This document shows positions 1 through 9,194 of a stretch of DNA of 64,000 bases, one piece after another. The position numbers were made by a program, and so were the translations under genes. Position 1 is the stretch's first letter, and every line of letters starts with the position of its first letter. Source of the stretch: a bacterium (GTDB lineage Bacteria > Patescibacteriota > Patescibacteriia > 2-12-FULL-60-25); NCBI GenBank assembly GCA_021796435.1, contig JAJYXM010000016.1, forward strand, positions 310,625-374,624. The letters are read 5' to 3'. A model generated the notes under the pieces. It ran no database searches and was not told the origin of the DNA. It was given only the letters and a program-made list of their open reading frames with translations.

Positions 1-1742
1 TCGTTCGACGGCAGGCCGGAGAGCGTCGCTTCGATGAGCGTCCTGCGATCGTTCTCACAGTCGTCGCCCGAAGGGTTTTTTTCGGCGAGAATGACGTTCG
101 CTGCACCCGAGGGGAATAGTCGCGCCAGCATCTGCATGTAGCTGGCTGAACTCGGACGGTAACCGAGATGTCGCAACAGGTGGTCGGCACGGCCGGTAAA
201 GAGGGCGTGCCGGAAAAACAGATTGCGGAATCCGGAGAACTTGCATGGGTATAAGGGTGAGAACAGCGGGTTGCTGCCAAAGACAGAGCGTATCCGGACG
301 TCGTCTTTTGGGTTGAGTAGGGGTTTTTCCACGCGATGTACCAGTAGGATGCGCGACTTGAGTTCGACATCTTCTACGGGATGCGTTCGTGGATGATGTT
401 TGAGCTTCGATAGTTCCGTAGCTTTACGTTTTGCGGAGCGTGCATCCAACAAGTCCCCGGCATCGTATCCTTCCAGGTCTGGAACTAACAGCTCCATAGG
501 CATGACCGGCGATCTGATTAAGTTGCGTGGCAAAATCATGAAGATACGGGCTTCCTTGTCCTCGTCCCGGGTCAGAACACGGCAGAATTTCTGTGTGGCT
601 TTGACCACCGAAAGCGATGGTGCTAGGTCGATGAGGAGTTTGCAGCTTGGCGCATCCCATCCTTCAACCAGAACGTTCACGGATATCAGGGTATCTATGA
701 CGTTTTTGTCGAAGAACTCCAGAATTCGTTCGCGGTCCGACGTATCCCCTAGGATGAGTTTCGGCGGCGGCGCGTGGCGGGGATGATGGGCATTGAGGTA
801 TTTGCTCAAGTCATATGCCTGCTGGCGTGAGGAGCAGGTGATCAGGCAGGGTGTGTGACGATTCTGTTCGTCATAGCGGAACGTCTCGACCGCTTTGAAA
901 AAAGGTGCGGCAGACATGATCCGCCCCAGTGTTTCCTCGTGGTAGTCTCCTTGCTTGAGAGTGACTACCGAACCGTCGACGTCCACTTCAGCTACCCAGA
1001 CGCGTAGAGGGGCCAGAAGCTCGAGGCTTATGGCTTCTTGCAGCGATAGTTCGTGCACTAGAGCGGGAAAGAACCGGCCCAACGCCTTGTGTGCGTCGTA
1101 ATTCGGTGTCGCAGTCAAAGCGAGGCGTAGGCTTTGCGGGTCAAAGGCTGAGCGCAAATAGTCGAGCCGGCAATCCGTCAAAGCATGGTGCGCTTCATCT
1201 GCGATGACTAGCGCTGAACTTCGGATGGCTTGGGGTATGACGCCTGATTTCCAGCGTCGGTTCATCATCTCGTAGGTCGTGATGTTCACTCCGTACGGTA
1301 CGATCTCTTCACGTTCACCGGTGAAGCGCCCGATCAGGACGTCGGGCAACTGTTCGCGAAGACTGCGATAGGCCTGTTCAACAAGCGTCAGCGTGTTGGT
1401 GATGAACGTAGTGGTCAGGCCAGTTCGTGCGATGAGTTGGCCGGCAATCACCGTCTTGCCGGTTCGGGGCGGTAAGATGATGCGCCCGTATGGAGTCGCA
1501 CCATCTTCGTTAACCAAGGAATTGCGTACGAAATCCGATACATCTTCGAAGACGCATGCTTGGATTGGTCGGAGCTCGCGTGTCGAATGAGGAACATCTT
1601 GGGATACAGAATCGTCCAAGCGCATCACCGCACTGACGAGCCGGCTAGGCATCGGACTATCTATGATGTCCGGCAGAAGCCTGGCATCTCCGATACTTGC
1701 ATTCTTAGTCTGCATATCGAGAGCGACAGGTAAGTTGCTCAT
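1..1742 (-). CDS. Superfamily-2 DEAD/DEAH-box helicase (XPB/Rad25-like or type III res-like); partial, 3' end lies beyond window start
   Basis: Minus-strand frame is open from the ATG (cat at 1740-1742) to the window edge. The translation has a Walker A PPRTGKT motif, a DEAH box (VIADEAHHAL) and helicase motifs TATP / VNVLVEGWD. It is not in the ORF track because it has no stop inside the window. Confidence 0.7.
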   Translation of the reverse strand, partial: MSNLPVALDMQTKNASIGDARLLPDIIDSPMPSRLVSAVMRLDDSVSQDVPHSTRELRPIQACVFEDVSDFVRNSLVNEDGATPYGRIILPPRTGKTVIAGQLIARTGLTTTFITNTLTLVEQAYRSLREQLPDVLIGRFTGEREEIVPYGVNITTYEMMNRRWKSGVIPQAIRSSALVIADEAHHALTDCRLDYLRSAFDPQSLRLALTATPNYDAHKALGRFFPALVHELSLQEAISLELLAPLRVWVAEVDVDGSVVTLKQGDYHEETLGRIMSAAPFFKAVETFRYDEQNRHTPCLITCSSRQQAYDLSKYLNAHHPRHAPPPKLILGDTSDRERILEFFDKNVIDTLISVNVLVEGWDAPSCKLLIDLAPSLSVVKATQKFCRVLTRDEDKEARIFMILPRNLIRSPVMPMELLVPDLEGYDAGDLLDARSAKRKATELSKLKHHPRTHPVEDVELKSRILLVHRVEKPLLNPKDDVRIRSVFGSNPLFSPLYPCKFSGFRNLFFRHALFTGRADHLLRHLGYRPSSASYMQMLARLFPSGAANVILAEKNPSGDDCENDRRTLIEATLSGLPSN

Positions 1743-1868
1743 GTCCTAAACCCCTTGTTTGGAGGAAAAGAGCCGTCGCACCATCAGGGCCGATGCAACG
1801 GGCTATTTAATACAAAATTATAGGTTCTGTCAACCTTAGGGTGTAGGTTGCGCCGGCAAGAAAAGGCT

Positions 1869-2534
1869 TTATTGTAACGGTACTATTTTTTTCCAGACCA
1901 GCTCGTGTATCTCGTCGATCGGTAAAAGTTTTCCGTCGGTTGTGCATTCGATGGTCTGCCAGTTCTCGACTTTGTCGATTTCGGGTAATCGGAGATAGGC
2001 GCGTTCGGCGGCACGGAGATGCTCGATGTCTTTTTGATGGATGTCGGTCTTTTCTCCGTCGCGTGAGCGGGAAAGCTCGAAGCCGATATCGGCCGGCACG
2101 TGGAGCAACAGCGTCAGATCCGGTTTGGGTATATTCAGCCAACCGTATTCGACCTCGTTAAGCCAAGCGACGAAGGTGGCTTGTTCGTCAGGATCCGTGA
2201 TCTTTCCGGTCTGGTGGCCTTTGTTAGCCGAGACGTAGCGGTTGGAGATGATGAAAGCACCTCGCTCCAAAGCCGCACGCAAATCCGCGGAGGCATCGAA
2301 ACGATCCAGAGCGAAGAAGAGGGATGCGGCTTTCGGCCCGACGTCATTCACGCCGCCGTAATCGCCGCGCAGATAGCGCTCCACGAAATAGGCGGAAGGT
2401 TTGGTGTACCGGGGAAAGTCGAGGAGTTGGGTTTCGCGGCCCAGGCTGCGCAGGCGCTCAATCAGGCGATTGGCTTGGACGGTCTTACCGGAACCATCGG
2501 TCCCGTCGATGACGATGAATTTTCCGTTTGGCAT
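1869..2534 (-). CDS. tmk: Thymidylate kinase
   Basis: N-terminus FIVIDGTDGSGKTVQ and overall similarity to dTMP kinases; 221 aa. Confidence 0.9.
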   Translation of the reverse strand: MPNGKFIVIDGTDGSGKTVQANRLIERLRSLGRETQLLDFPRYTKPSAYFVERYLRGDYGGVNDVGPKAASLFFALDRFDASADLRAALERGAFIISNRYVSANKGHQTGKITDPDEQATFVAWLNEVEYGWLNIPKPDLTLLLHVPADIGFELSRSRDGEKTDIHQKDIEHLRAAERAYLRLPEIDKVENWQTIECTTDGKLLPIDEIHELVWKKIVPLQ

Positions 2535-2608
2535 AATGCCATGCTACCAGACAAAAAAGAAAAACGCGATCCGTGGTCAGGCGGATCGCGCTGTTCGTCG
2601 GTAGGGGG

Positions 2609-4171
2609 TCAAAAACCCTTAGGTTTCGCCCCGAGTGTGGAGGTCGTGGCGGCGGACATGTCTACGCGGATGTGTTTGGCGATGAGAGTGTGGGTCTCGT
2701 TCACCGTGCGCCAGACTTCTTGGGCGATGCGACGATATGACGGGTGTCCCTTGGAACCGGAGCGCAACTCGATGAAATGGAACAGTTCGCGCACGTTCCA
2801 GCTTACGATGAGGCGCCGGCGGAACGCCATGGGGATGGCGTATTCGGCTTCGACCTCGAGACCTGCTGCGACCAGCTGCTTGTGCAGCTCCTTGACTCGC
2901 GTCATGAGCGCATGGAAATCGTCAGCCAAGCCGATGTCCGTGATCTCTTGCGGCACGTCATAACCCAATTCCACGCCGAGCGTCTGGTTCAGGGGCGAGC
3001 AGATGCGGTGGCGCTGGATGTCGCGCCAGGCCCCGTAGTCGATGACGATCTCGTGGGTGAAGGTGGAGTCTTCGAAGGGGCGCGGAGCCGGATCGTGCGG
3101 GCCGCGATCGCGCAAAGCCGTGCTGATAACGCGGTCGATGATATCGAGCGAACCCTCGCCTTTGAGCGTTGAGAGGATCTCCGCGTATGGTCTGTCGCTG
3201 TAGCCGGCCAAGAGCGCAGCGGCGATGTGCAGCTCGGCGAACGGATCGTCAGCCAGCAGAACGACAGGATTCAGGTTATCCGCTACAGGTCCGGAGACCG
3301 GTACGTCCTGCAGGAGGTCGTTGGCCAGCTCGTGCAGCGTGTCAGGCAGCGAGGAGCGATATTCGTTCCGTCCCGCATACTTGAGCAGCGTGTGGATCGG
3401 CTTGGTCAGGATCGCGACTTCCGGATCGGCGTCCGGACCGCCGTGCAAAGCCTCGATGAGTTCGCGACCGACTTCGTGCGCTTCATCATGCGGACTCGAC
3501 ATGAGTTTTGTGATGATGGTCGCCCAGTTACGCGCATTAGCCGTCACGCCGAAGGAGGCCATGGCGGCCGAGGGCAAAAGATATCGTGCCACGTCGCAGG
3601 AACGTCCCTTGATCTGCGCGGCGTAGGCCCGGTCGGAAATGCCGGTCTCGTTGGGGAATTTTTCCCGCATGTATCCGTCCAAGCGACGCAGGGCTTCTTC
3701 GTACAGCGAATACAGGCCCTCGACCGTGCCGGTATAAGCGTGTCGTAGATGGCTAGCGGCGATCTTGGCCGGCGTGACGCAACGTACGGCGGAGAAGATC
3801 TGGTAGCGCGAACTCTTTTCGGTGAAAGAGCAGAGCCGGCAGTCCTCGATGATCTTGATGACGACCTGCGAGACGTTCTCGAGCGCGACGCTCGGCACGG
3901 CGTGTTCGGCGACCGAACCGTGGCCATAACCCACGACCCATTTCTCATGGAACTCGCTCGCTTTGGCTTCCGTCGCCTCGTAGACGTTCTGGTCAAAAGG
4001 CGTGTCGGTGCGCGAACATTTCGCCAAGGCTACGGCGATGACCTCTGGCGAGGGCGTCAAGAGGACGGTCGTACCGTCGTCGAGCTGGCGCTCCATACGG
4101 TTCAACCAATAGACCCGACGCTTGTTGGGATCCGCGGGCGGGACGAGTTTGGGTTTTGTGGTTTCTGGCAT
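2609..4171 (-). CDS. thyX: Flavin-dependent thymidylate synthase ThyX, tandem-fused (two ThyX-like domains in one 520-aa chain)
   Basis: N-domain GHGSVAEHAVPSVALENVSQVVIKIIEDCRLCSFTEKSSRY aligns to the ThyX GHETPFEH...RQWFRHRIASYNELSGRY region, but RHR is replaced by CRL. C-domain has an intact RDIQRHR motif and ELFHFIELRSGSKGHPSYRRIAQEV, which resembles the ThyX LR...EI...A region. Length is about twice a canonical ThyX. Confidence 0.6.
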   Translation of the reverse strand: MPETTKPKLVPPADPNKRRVYWLNRMERQLDDGTTVLLTPSPEVIAVALAKCSRTDTPFDQNVYEATEAKASEFHEKWVVGYGHGSVAEHAVPSVALENVSQVVIKIIEDCRLCSFTEKSSRYQIFSAVRCVTPAKIAASHLRHAYTGTVEGLYSLYEEALRRLDGYMREKFPNETGISDRAYAAQIKGRSCDVARYLLPSAAMASFGVTANARNWATIITKLMSSPHDEAHEVGRELIEALHGGPDADPEVAILTKPIHTLLKYAGRNEYRSSLPDTLHELANDLLQDVPVSGPVADNLNPVVLLADDPFAELHIAAALLAGYSDRPYAEILSTLKGEGSLDIIDRVISTALRDRGPHDPAPRPFEDSTFTHEIVIDYGAWRDIQRHRICSPLNQTLGVELGYDVPQEITDIGLADDFHALMTRVKELHKQLVAAGLEVEAEYAIPMAFRRRLIVSWNVRELFHFIELRSGSKGHPSYRRIAQEVWRTVNETHTLIAKHIRVDMSAATTSTLGAKPKGF

Positions 4172-4289
4172 AATTCGTTCTCCGTAAATAAAGACTCTCG
4201 TTTTTACACGAAAGCCTTCTGAATGAACGGCTTAACCTTAGCCAGCGGGAGAAGCAGGGTCAAACAACGGTGTCAAGAGAAAGAGGGGT

Positions 4290-4380
4290 GCACCCGTCAG
4301 ATGGTAATTTGTCAGCTGCGGGGCTCGTCTCATATACCTCGAACACATCCTCGCTCGACAAATCACCCTCTGACGGGTGC
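4290..4380. repeat. Long imperfect inverted repeat (about 24-nt arms, about 43-nt spacer) in the thyX 5' region
   Basis: gcacccgtcagatggtaatttgtc ... gacaaatcaccctctgacgggtgc; arms are reverse complements with 2 mismatches. Lies between the dut stop and the thyX start. Confidence 0.5.
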
Positions 4381-4421
4381 TTGAGGAGATGAAAAAAAGT
4401 TGAGGGGCTTTTGAGTATGTG

Positions 4422-4859
4422 CTAGTCGCGGTAGCCGCCTGTGGAGCCGATGCCGCCGCGGTCAGGAGCGTCGGCTGGACCTTCTTCGAGTTCGGCGCGG
4501 ATATAGGGCATGATGATGGCATTGACCAGGCGTTCGCCTTTTTCGATCGTGATAGGCGTGTCTCCCGGGTTGCGCACGATTATCTTTATTTCGTCGTTAG
4601 GTCCGCGATAGTCGCTGTCGATGGTGCCGATGCCATTGGCCAAGACAAGGCCTTTCTTCAGATAAAGACTTGAACGGGAGGTCAAAAACAATACATAGCC
4701 ATCAGGCATACCGAAACCAAGGCCGGTCGGTACAGGAAGAGCTTGTTTGGGCTGTACGATTACTTGTTCGGCCGCCGCCAGATCAAAACCAGCCGACCCT
4801 GTAGTCTTGTATTCGGGTAAGGCGACATCTCCGCGAAGACGGGTGATCCTCACCTTCAT
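4422..4859 (-). CDS. dut: dUTP diphosphatase
   Basis: Motifs AGFDL, GIGTIDSDYRG and GERLVNAI; 145 aa. Confidence 0.9.
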   Translation of the reverse strand: MKVRITRLRGDVALPEYKTTGSAGFDLAAAEQVIVQPKQALPVPTGLGFGMPDGYVLFLTSRSSLYLKKGLVLANGIGTIDSDYRGPNDEIKIIVRNPGDTPITIEKGERLVNAIIMPYIRAELEEGPADAPDRGGIGSTGGYRD

Positions 4860-5422
4860 ACTTTTGGTTTCGCGCCAAGCTCGACCATCATCGCGTCGAG
4901 CTGTTTGAGTAAGGCATCCAAATCCCCGGAGTTGTCCATTCTATATACTGCGCGTTCCATGACAGGCGGAATTGTCACTTCGGTAGGAGCTCGTTCTTCG
5001 GCCAGGAATTGTTCCCAGGTCATGTCTTTTTCGCCTGCGCGTTCGCCGCGGTTCATCAGGCGTCGATAACGGATTTCGGGAGGTGCATCGATGGCGACGA
5101 GCTTGAATTGCGATAGCGGTTCGAGTCCGGAAAGGTCGTTTATCCGGCGAACGCCGTCGATGACCACGATATCGGCTGCGTCGCTCAAAGCGTCGCTTTC
5201 CACTACATGAGCCAGGATATCCTCACCGAAACCGTGGCGCAGTGTCTCGGAAAGCGTAATCAGGTTTTCCCGGCTGATGGGCAGGGAGAGCCGTTTCAGG
5301 ATATCGCTAAGGACGGTGCTGAAGCGGAACATCGATGCCCCATATTTTTCCTTGATGTACTTCGTGGCGGTACCTTTGCCTGCTCCCGGCATGCCGACGA
5401 AGCCTAAAATTATTTTTGCCAT
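4856..5422 (-). CDS. Nucleoside-monophosphate kinase, adenylate-kinase family (short LID); possibly a dNMP kinase
   Basis: P-loop GMPGAGKGT, a DGVRR motif (compare Adk DGFPR) and a short LID region. The ATGA overlap with dut indicates translational coupling. Confidence 0.55.
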   Translation of the reverse strand: MAKIILGFVGMPGAGKGTATKYIKEKYGASMFRFSTVLSDILKRLSLPISRENLITLSETLRHGFGEDILAHVVESDALSDAADIVVIDGVRRINDLSGLEPLSQFKLVAIDAPPEIRYRRLMNRGERAGEKDMTWEQFLAEERAPTEVTIPPVMERAVYRMDNSGDLDALLKQLDAMMVELGAKPKV

Positions 5423-5550
5423 AACGGAAGGAACGTTAGCGGTTGCGTGTCGCTAGGGCAAGAGGGCGAGGAAATATTCGGCATGAAGCATCTGGCGATT
5501 GAGGGGAGTGACTTGATGATATGCATCCTGCTCGGACGGACGGCTGGTTT

Positions 5551-5586
5551 ATCGGCAATACAAAAGAACGGGGTCAGCCGTTCTTT
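5551..5586 (-). terminator. Bidirectional rho-independent terminator downstream of rplA
   Basis: aaaagaacgg-ctgacc-ccgttctttt: a 10-bp stem flanked by A- and T-tracts. Confidence 0.6.
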
Positions 5587-5602
5587 TGTGGGAAAATCTT
5601 GA

Positions 5603-6292
5603 TTATATGGCGGAGGTATCGAGTTTGATGCCAGGGCCCATGGTCGTGGTCAGTACGACATTCCGGAGGTACATGCCTTTGGCGCTGGCCGGTTTGTTCT
5701 TCTTGACCGTGGCGAGGATCATCTCGAGGTTCTCGAGCAAGGCCTTGGAATCTCCGGAGACTTTGCCGACCGCCTGGTGAAGGTTGCCGGTGGAGTCGTT
5801 CTTCAAGGTGACTTTACCGCGTTTCAGCTCTTCGACCATCTTTTTGACGTTGGTGCCGACGGTTTCCGTCTTGGGATTAGGCATGATGCCTTTCGGGCCG
5901 AGGATTTTCGCTACCTTGGCCAACTTAGGCATCATATCAGGCGTGGCGACCGCTACGTCGAAATCGATCTTGCCGGTCTTGGCGATTTCGTTGATCAGGT
6001 CATCTGCGCCGACGATTTCGGCGCCCGCATCCTTGGCGTCCTTTTCCTTATCGGCAGGCACGAAAGCGGCGACACGTTTGCTCTTGCCCATGTTGTGCGG
6101 CAGGACGATGGTGGCGCGCAATTGTTGGTCGCTTTTCTTGACGTCGATACCCAAACGGATATGGACTTCAATAGCTGAATCAAATTTGGTGGTGGAGGTC
6201 TTCTTGGCGAGCTCTATGGCTTCTGCCGGTGAATAGACCTTCTTGGGGTCGATGAGCTTCTTGAGCTCGGTGTAACGTTTGCTTCGGGGCAT
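5603..6292 (-). CDS. rplA: 50S ribosomal protein L1
   Basis: Full-length similarity to L1 (MPRSKRY...GPKGIMPNPK...); 229 aa. Confidence 0.95.
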   Translation of the reverse strand: MPRSKRYTELKKLIDPKKVYSPAEAIELAKKTSTTKFDSAIEVHIRLGIDVKKSDQQLRATIVLPHNMGKSKRVAAFVPADKEKDAKDAGAEIVGADDLINEIAKTGKIDFDVAVATPDMMPKLAKVAKILGPKGIMPNPKTETVGTNVKKMVEELKRGKVTLKNDSTGNLHQAVGKVSGDSKALLENLEMILATVKKNKPASAKGMYLRNVVLTTTMGPGIKLDTSAI

Positions 6293-6425
6293 ATTTAGTG
6301 GTTTGCGACCCTTGAAAAACGCGATCTGCTTGGGCTTCGCTCCGCTGCTCGTTCGCCGTAGGTTTGACTACGCCTCACTCGCTGCTCGTTCCAGCCCGTC
6401 GCATCTCATCGTTTTTGAAGGCTCG
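6293..6425 (-). promoter_or_regulatory. Conserved 5' leader of rplA (copy A of the duplicated leader); candidate L1-binding autoregulatory element
   Basis: About 80% identical over about 90-130 nt to the rplK leader at 9621-9750. Contains an internal direct repeat cgctgctcgttc x2. A possible promoter (cTTGACt, 15-16 nt spacer, TATAAT) reads on the minus strand at about 6485-6515. Confidence 0.45.
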
Positions 6426-6579
6426 TGGTCGGACGGCTTTAGCGCCCTTCCACATTATTTATTAATGGCGCCACATTATACGAAATCCGCCCCGGAGTCA
6501 AGGCCTCAGCCTCTCACGAGAGGCGGGGTATAGACACGGGGCGGGAATGGGTAGTTGGGGCACATGGCGTGTTGTGCCC

Positions 6580-7224
6580 CTACGAGGAATGGATGTAGGC
6601 GAGGACTTCGTCGTGTTTTTCCGCGGAGATCTTGCCCTGTTCCACGTAGAACGCGAGCAGCTCGGTGAGGGTGAAGACGGCGTGGAGCTGGTAGCCGTAT
6701 TGCGCCAGCTGTTCCCTTCCGCCCTGCTCGCGGTCGACGAGCACGACGACGTCCTTGACCTTCATATCTGCGGCTTCGAGCGCACGGATGCATTCGATCT
6801 TGCTGTCGGCCTGGGTGATCAAGTCGTCGATGACCAGGGTCGTGGCGCCCTTTGGCCAGGTGCCCAGAGCGACTTCCGCGATCCTGCGCTTGCCGTCCTC
6901 CTCGACCTTGTTGAGCATGATGAGTCCGTGCTCGGTTCCTTGCACGAAGCTGTGCGCGAACGGATTCCCCGCTTTGGGGACACCGGCGACGGCTGAGAAT
7001 TCCAGCCCAGCGTCTTCACAGACACGTCGCATGCACTGCGCGACGGCGCTTACGTGGATCGGTTGGAGCGGCCCGTTCTTGTTGTCGGGCGTACGCAGGT
7101 TGAGGTAGATGGGCGAGAGCGGCGCATTAGGGTTCTTCTCGTGCAGCTTGAGCTTGAAGGCGCCGAACTGGGCCGAGCCGATGTCATACAGCGAGAGGGC
7201 GAGCATTTTTGCGAAACTATCCAT
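6580..7224 (-). CDS. pyrE: Orotate phosphoribosyltransferase
   Basis: OPRT family similarity from MDSFAKMLALSLYDIGSAQFGAFKLKL onward, with the PRPP-binding VIDDLITQADS motif. The track ORF carries a spurious Arg-rich 134-aa N-terminal extension. The real ATG overlaps the pyrF TGA (TGATG). Confidence 0.85.
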   Translation of the reverse strand: MDSFAKMLALSLYDIGSAQFGAFKLKLHEKNPNAPLSPIYLNLRTPDNKNGPLQPIHVSAVAQCMRRVCEDAGLEFSAVAGVPKAGNPFAHSFVQGTEHGLIMLNKVEEDGKRRIAEVALGTWPKGATTLVIDDLITQADSKIECIRALEAADMKVKDVVVLVDREQGGREQLAQYGYQLHAVFTLTELLAFYVEQGKISAEKHDEVLAYIHSS

Positions 7225-7997
7225 CACCCCACCTCCATCAGGGCTTCGGCGATTTCGTCGACGATGCGTTCGGTGGCAGCGATCGGATCGGGATCGTCGG
7301 TGATCGGACGGCCGATGACCATCTTGTCGGCGCCGAGCCGGATGGCTTCGCTTGGCGTCAAGATGCGTTTCTGGTCGCCCTGGGCGCTTCCCTCGGGCCT
7401 CACGCCAGGGGTGATCTTGACGAGCTTCTCGAGTTCGGGGCGTTTGCCGATGATCTCGAGTTCCTGAGGCGAGCAGACGATGCCGGCGCAGCCAGCCAGC
7501 ACGGCGTTGCGCGCGAACTGAAGCACCTTGGCTTTGCTGGGCGCGTTGAAGGTCAGGTTGGCCTGCTCTTCGCTCAGGCTGGTCAGGACTGTCACGGCCA
7601 GAATGCCGCAGTCGGTATCCTTGCATGCCTTGACCGCCGCGATCATGCCGTCGATCTCGGCCGAGGCGTGGACGGTCAGATACTTGCTCTTCATGCGCGC
7701 CAGGTTGAGAGCTGCTCTGCCCATGGTGTTGGAGGTGTCGTGCAGCTTCCAGTCGTCCATGATCTTGCCGTTCAGCATCATGAACAGCGCTTTGTAAGCG
7801 CCGTGCAAGCCTGCCAGCTCGGCGCCATCCGTGAGGATGAAGTCCATGGCGATCGACGTCCAGAACTCGAGGCCGAGCTTGACCATGTCCACATGATCGA
7901 TCAAGGGCTGGACCAGGTCGAGCGCTTTTCCTGGATCGCTTACGTCGACGGCGAGGATGATGCGGCTTCGTGCAGTCTTCTTGATATCGGTCAGCAT
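7224..7997 (-). CDS. pyrF: Orotidine-5'-phosphate decarboxylase
   Basis: ILAVDV...VKLG...LHDT motifs of OMP decarboxylase; 257 aa. Confidence 0.85.
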   Translation of the reverse strand: MLTDIKKTARSRIILAVDVSDPGKALDLVQPLIDHVDMVKLGLEFWTSIAMDFILTDGAELAGLHGAYKALFMMLNGKIMDDWKLHDTSNTMGRAALNLARMKSKYLTVHASAEIDGMIAAVKACKDTDCGILAVTVLTSLSEEQANLTFNAPSKAKVLQFARNAVLAGCAGIVCSPQELEIIGKRPELEKLVKITPGVRPEGSAQGDQKRILTPSEAIRLGADKMVIGRPITDDPDPIAATERIVDEIAEALMEVG

Positions 7998-8115
7998 GAC
8001 GTGCGTTCTCCTTGCGAAATGGAAGGACCTGGCCGGACTTTACAGGATGGATTTAAAAAAACAAGAGTGTTGTCACTTTCAAGACTGAAAGTAACCAAAG
8101 GTCCTGTGGCCACGC

Positions 8116-8445
8116 TTAGCGCGAACCCCCAGACCCCTTGTGCCATTTTAAGCCGGGCTTTTCAGAATTCAATAGAAAGATTTTCTTCTTGGTTCCGCGG
8201 TTGTAGCCGCCGGTCGTTCCGTCGGAACGGACGACGCGGTGACAGGGGATAGCCGGGTCGAAATTCTTATGCAAAATGTTGCCGACGGCACGATAAGCGT
8301 TCGGTCGTCCGGCGAGTGTGGCGACTTGTCTGTAAGTCAGTATTTTTCCGCGAGGTATTTTCGCGACAACCGAAAAGACAAGGCGCGTGAAATCAGTCGG
8401 TCTAATCGACTTTGATCTCGGCATAGGTACCGCCCTTCTCGTCAT
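8116..8445 (-). CDS. ogt: Methylated-DNA-protein-cysteine methyltransferase (single-domain MGMT/Ogt)
   Basis: TYRQVATLAGRPNAYRAVGNIL...IPCHRVV active-site region; 109 aa, no N-terminal domain. Confidence 0.75.
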   Translation of the reverse strand: MTRRAVPMPRSKSIRPTDFTRLVFSVVAKIPRGKILTYRQVATLAGRPNAYRAVGNILHKNFDPAIPCHRVVRSDGTTGGYNRGTKKKIFLLNSEKPGLKWHKGSGGSR

Positions 8446-9130
8446 CGACCGTCAGCAGGGTGATGGTGTGGTTTTTTGCGTTTTGGCTCGCGTTGGTCTT
8501 GAGGCGGAGCTTGAGAATGACGGGCAAGGTGTCATCAGTTACCTGTCCACTTACGGTCAGATCAACACCGCGTTCGCCTTCCCAGATACAGACGGCGTTT
8601 TCGGGGCATCGGGAGTCGGTGAAGTCGTCGGCGGTGAGTTTGATGGCGGCGTAGGGGTTGGGATTGCTTTTGTCGCCGAACCAGACTGATTCGCCTTTGA
8701 AGAGCCTGACCGTCGATCCGAAGGCGGCTGTCTTCGTGTTTTCATCAACTGTAGCGGCACTTGCGGCGGTTTCAGTGGTCGTGGTCGGTTTTTCTGGCTC
8801 GCCTGATTCGATATTACCGCTTATGGTCGAGGCTTGGGTGTCGATTTGAGGGACGTTGGTCAGGTCGGTCCCTTGGAGGTAGCTCGAGTTCTTTGCTTGG
8901 CGGTCGGAATAGAGTAATGCACCGACAATCAAGGCGCAGATAAACAGAATCACCAAGAACCAGGGGCAAATAAAGAACTTGCGTTTTGGTTCCATGGTAG
9001 GCGGCAAGGTTTCGGCCGGGGTGACCGGCTTTTGCTCGATTGGAGTCGGAATAGGTGTATCCATATGTACCCAGTTTAGTATGCGGAGGGCTTGGCGCAC
9101 AAGCCACGGCGTTCGCGAACGCCGTGGCAA
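8402..9130 (-). CDS. Hypothetical membrane-anchored protein (single TM helix, Thr-rich linker, C-terminal extracytoplasmic domain)
   Basis: ORF with a hydrophobic segment FFICPWFLVILFICALIVGALLY. Start is uncertain (alternative ATG near 9064). The 3' end overlaps ogt by about 44 nt. Confidence 0.4.
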   Translation of the reverse strand: MPRRSRTPWLVRQALRILNWVHMDTPIPTPIEQKPVTPAETLPPTMEPKRKFFICPWFLVILFICALIVGALLYSDRQAKNSSYLQGTDLTNVPQIDTQASTISGNIESGEPEKPTTTTETAASAATVDENTKTAAFGSTVRLFKGESVWFGDKSNPNPYAAIKLTADDFTDSRCPENAVCIWEGERGVDLTVSGQVTDDTLPVILKLRLKTNASQNAKNHTITLLTVDDEKGGTYAEIKVD

Positions 9131-9153
9131 GCCGCTTATCTTGATTCAGGCGT

Positions 9154-9186
9154 AAAACAAAACACCCGTCCTTGTCGGAGCGGGCG
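9154..9186 (-). terminator. Rho-independent terminator downstream of rplK
   Basis: On the minus strand: cgcccg-loop-cgggtg followed by ttttgtttta. Confidence 0.5.
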
Positions 9187-9194
9187 TCTGTATC

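Noticed and set aside
2100-2963. 287-aa plus-strand ORF
   Set aside because: Antisense to tmk and thyX; no similarity to anything.
6580-7626. 348-aa version of the pyrE ORF
   Set aside because: The first 134 codons are an Arg-rich read-through across pyrF in another frame. The true pyrE starts at the ATG that overlaps the pyrF stop (7222-7224).
7209-8252. 347-aa plus-strand ORF
   Set aside because: Antisense to pyrF and ogt. Arg/Gly/Asp-rich composition typical of a spurious GC-rich frame.
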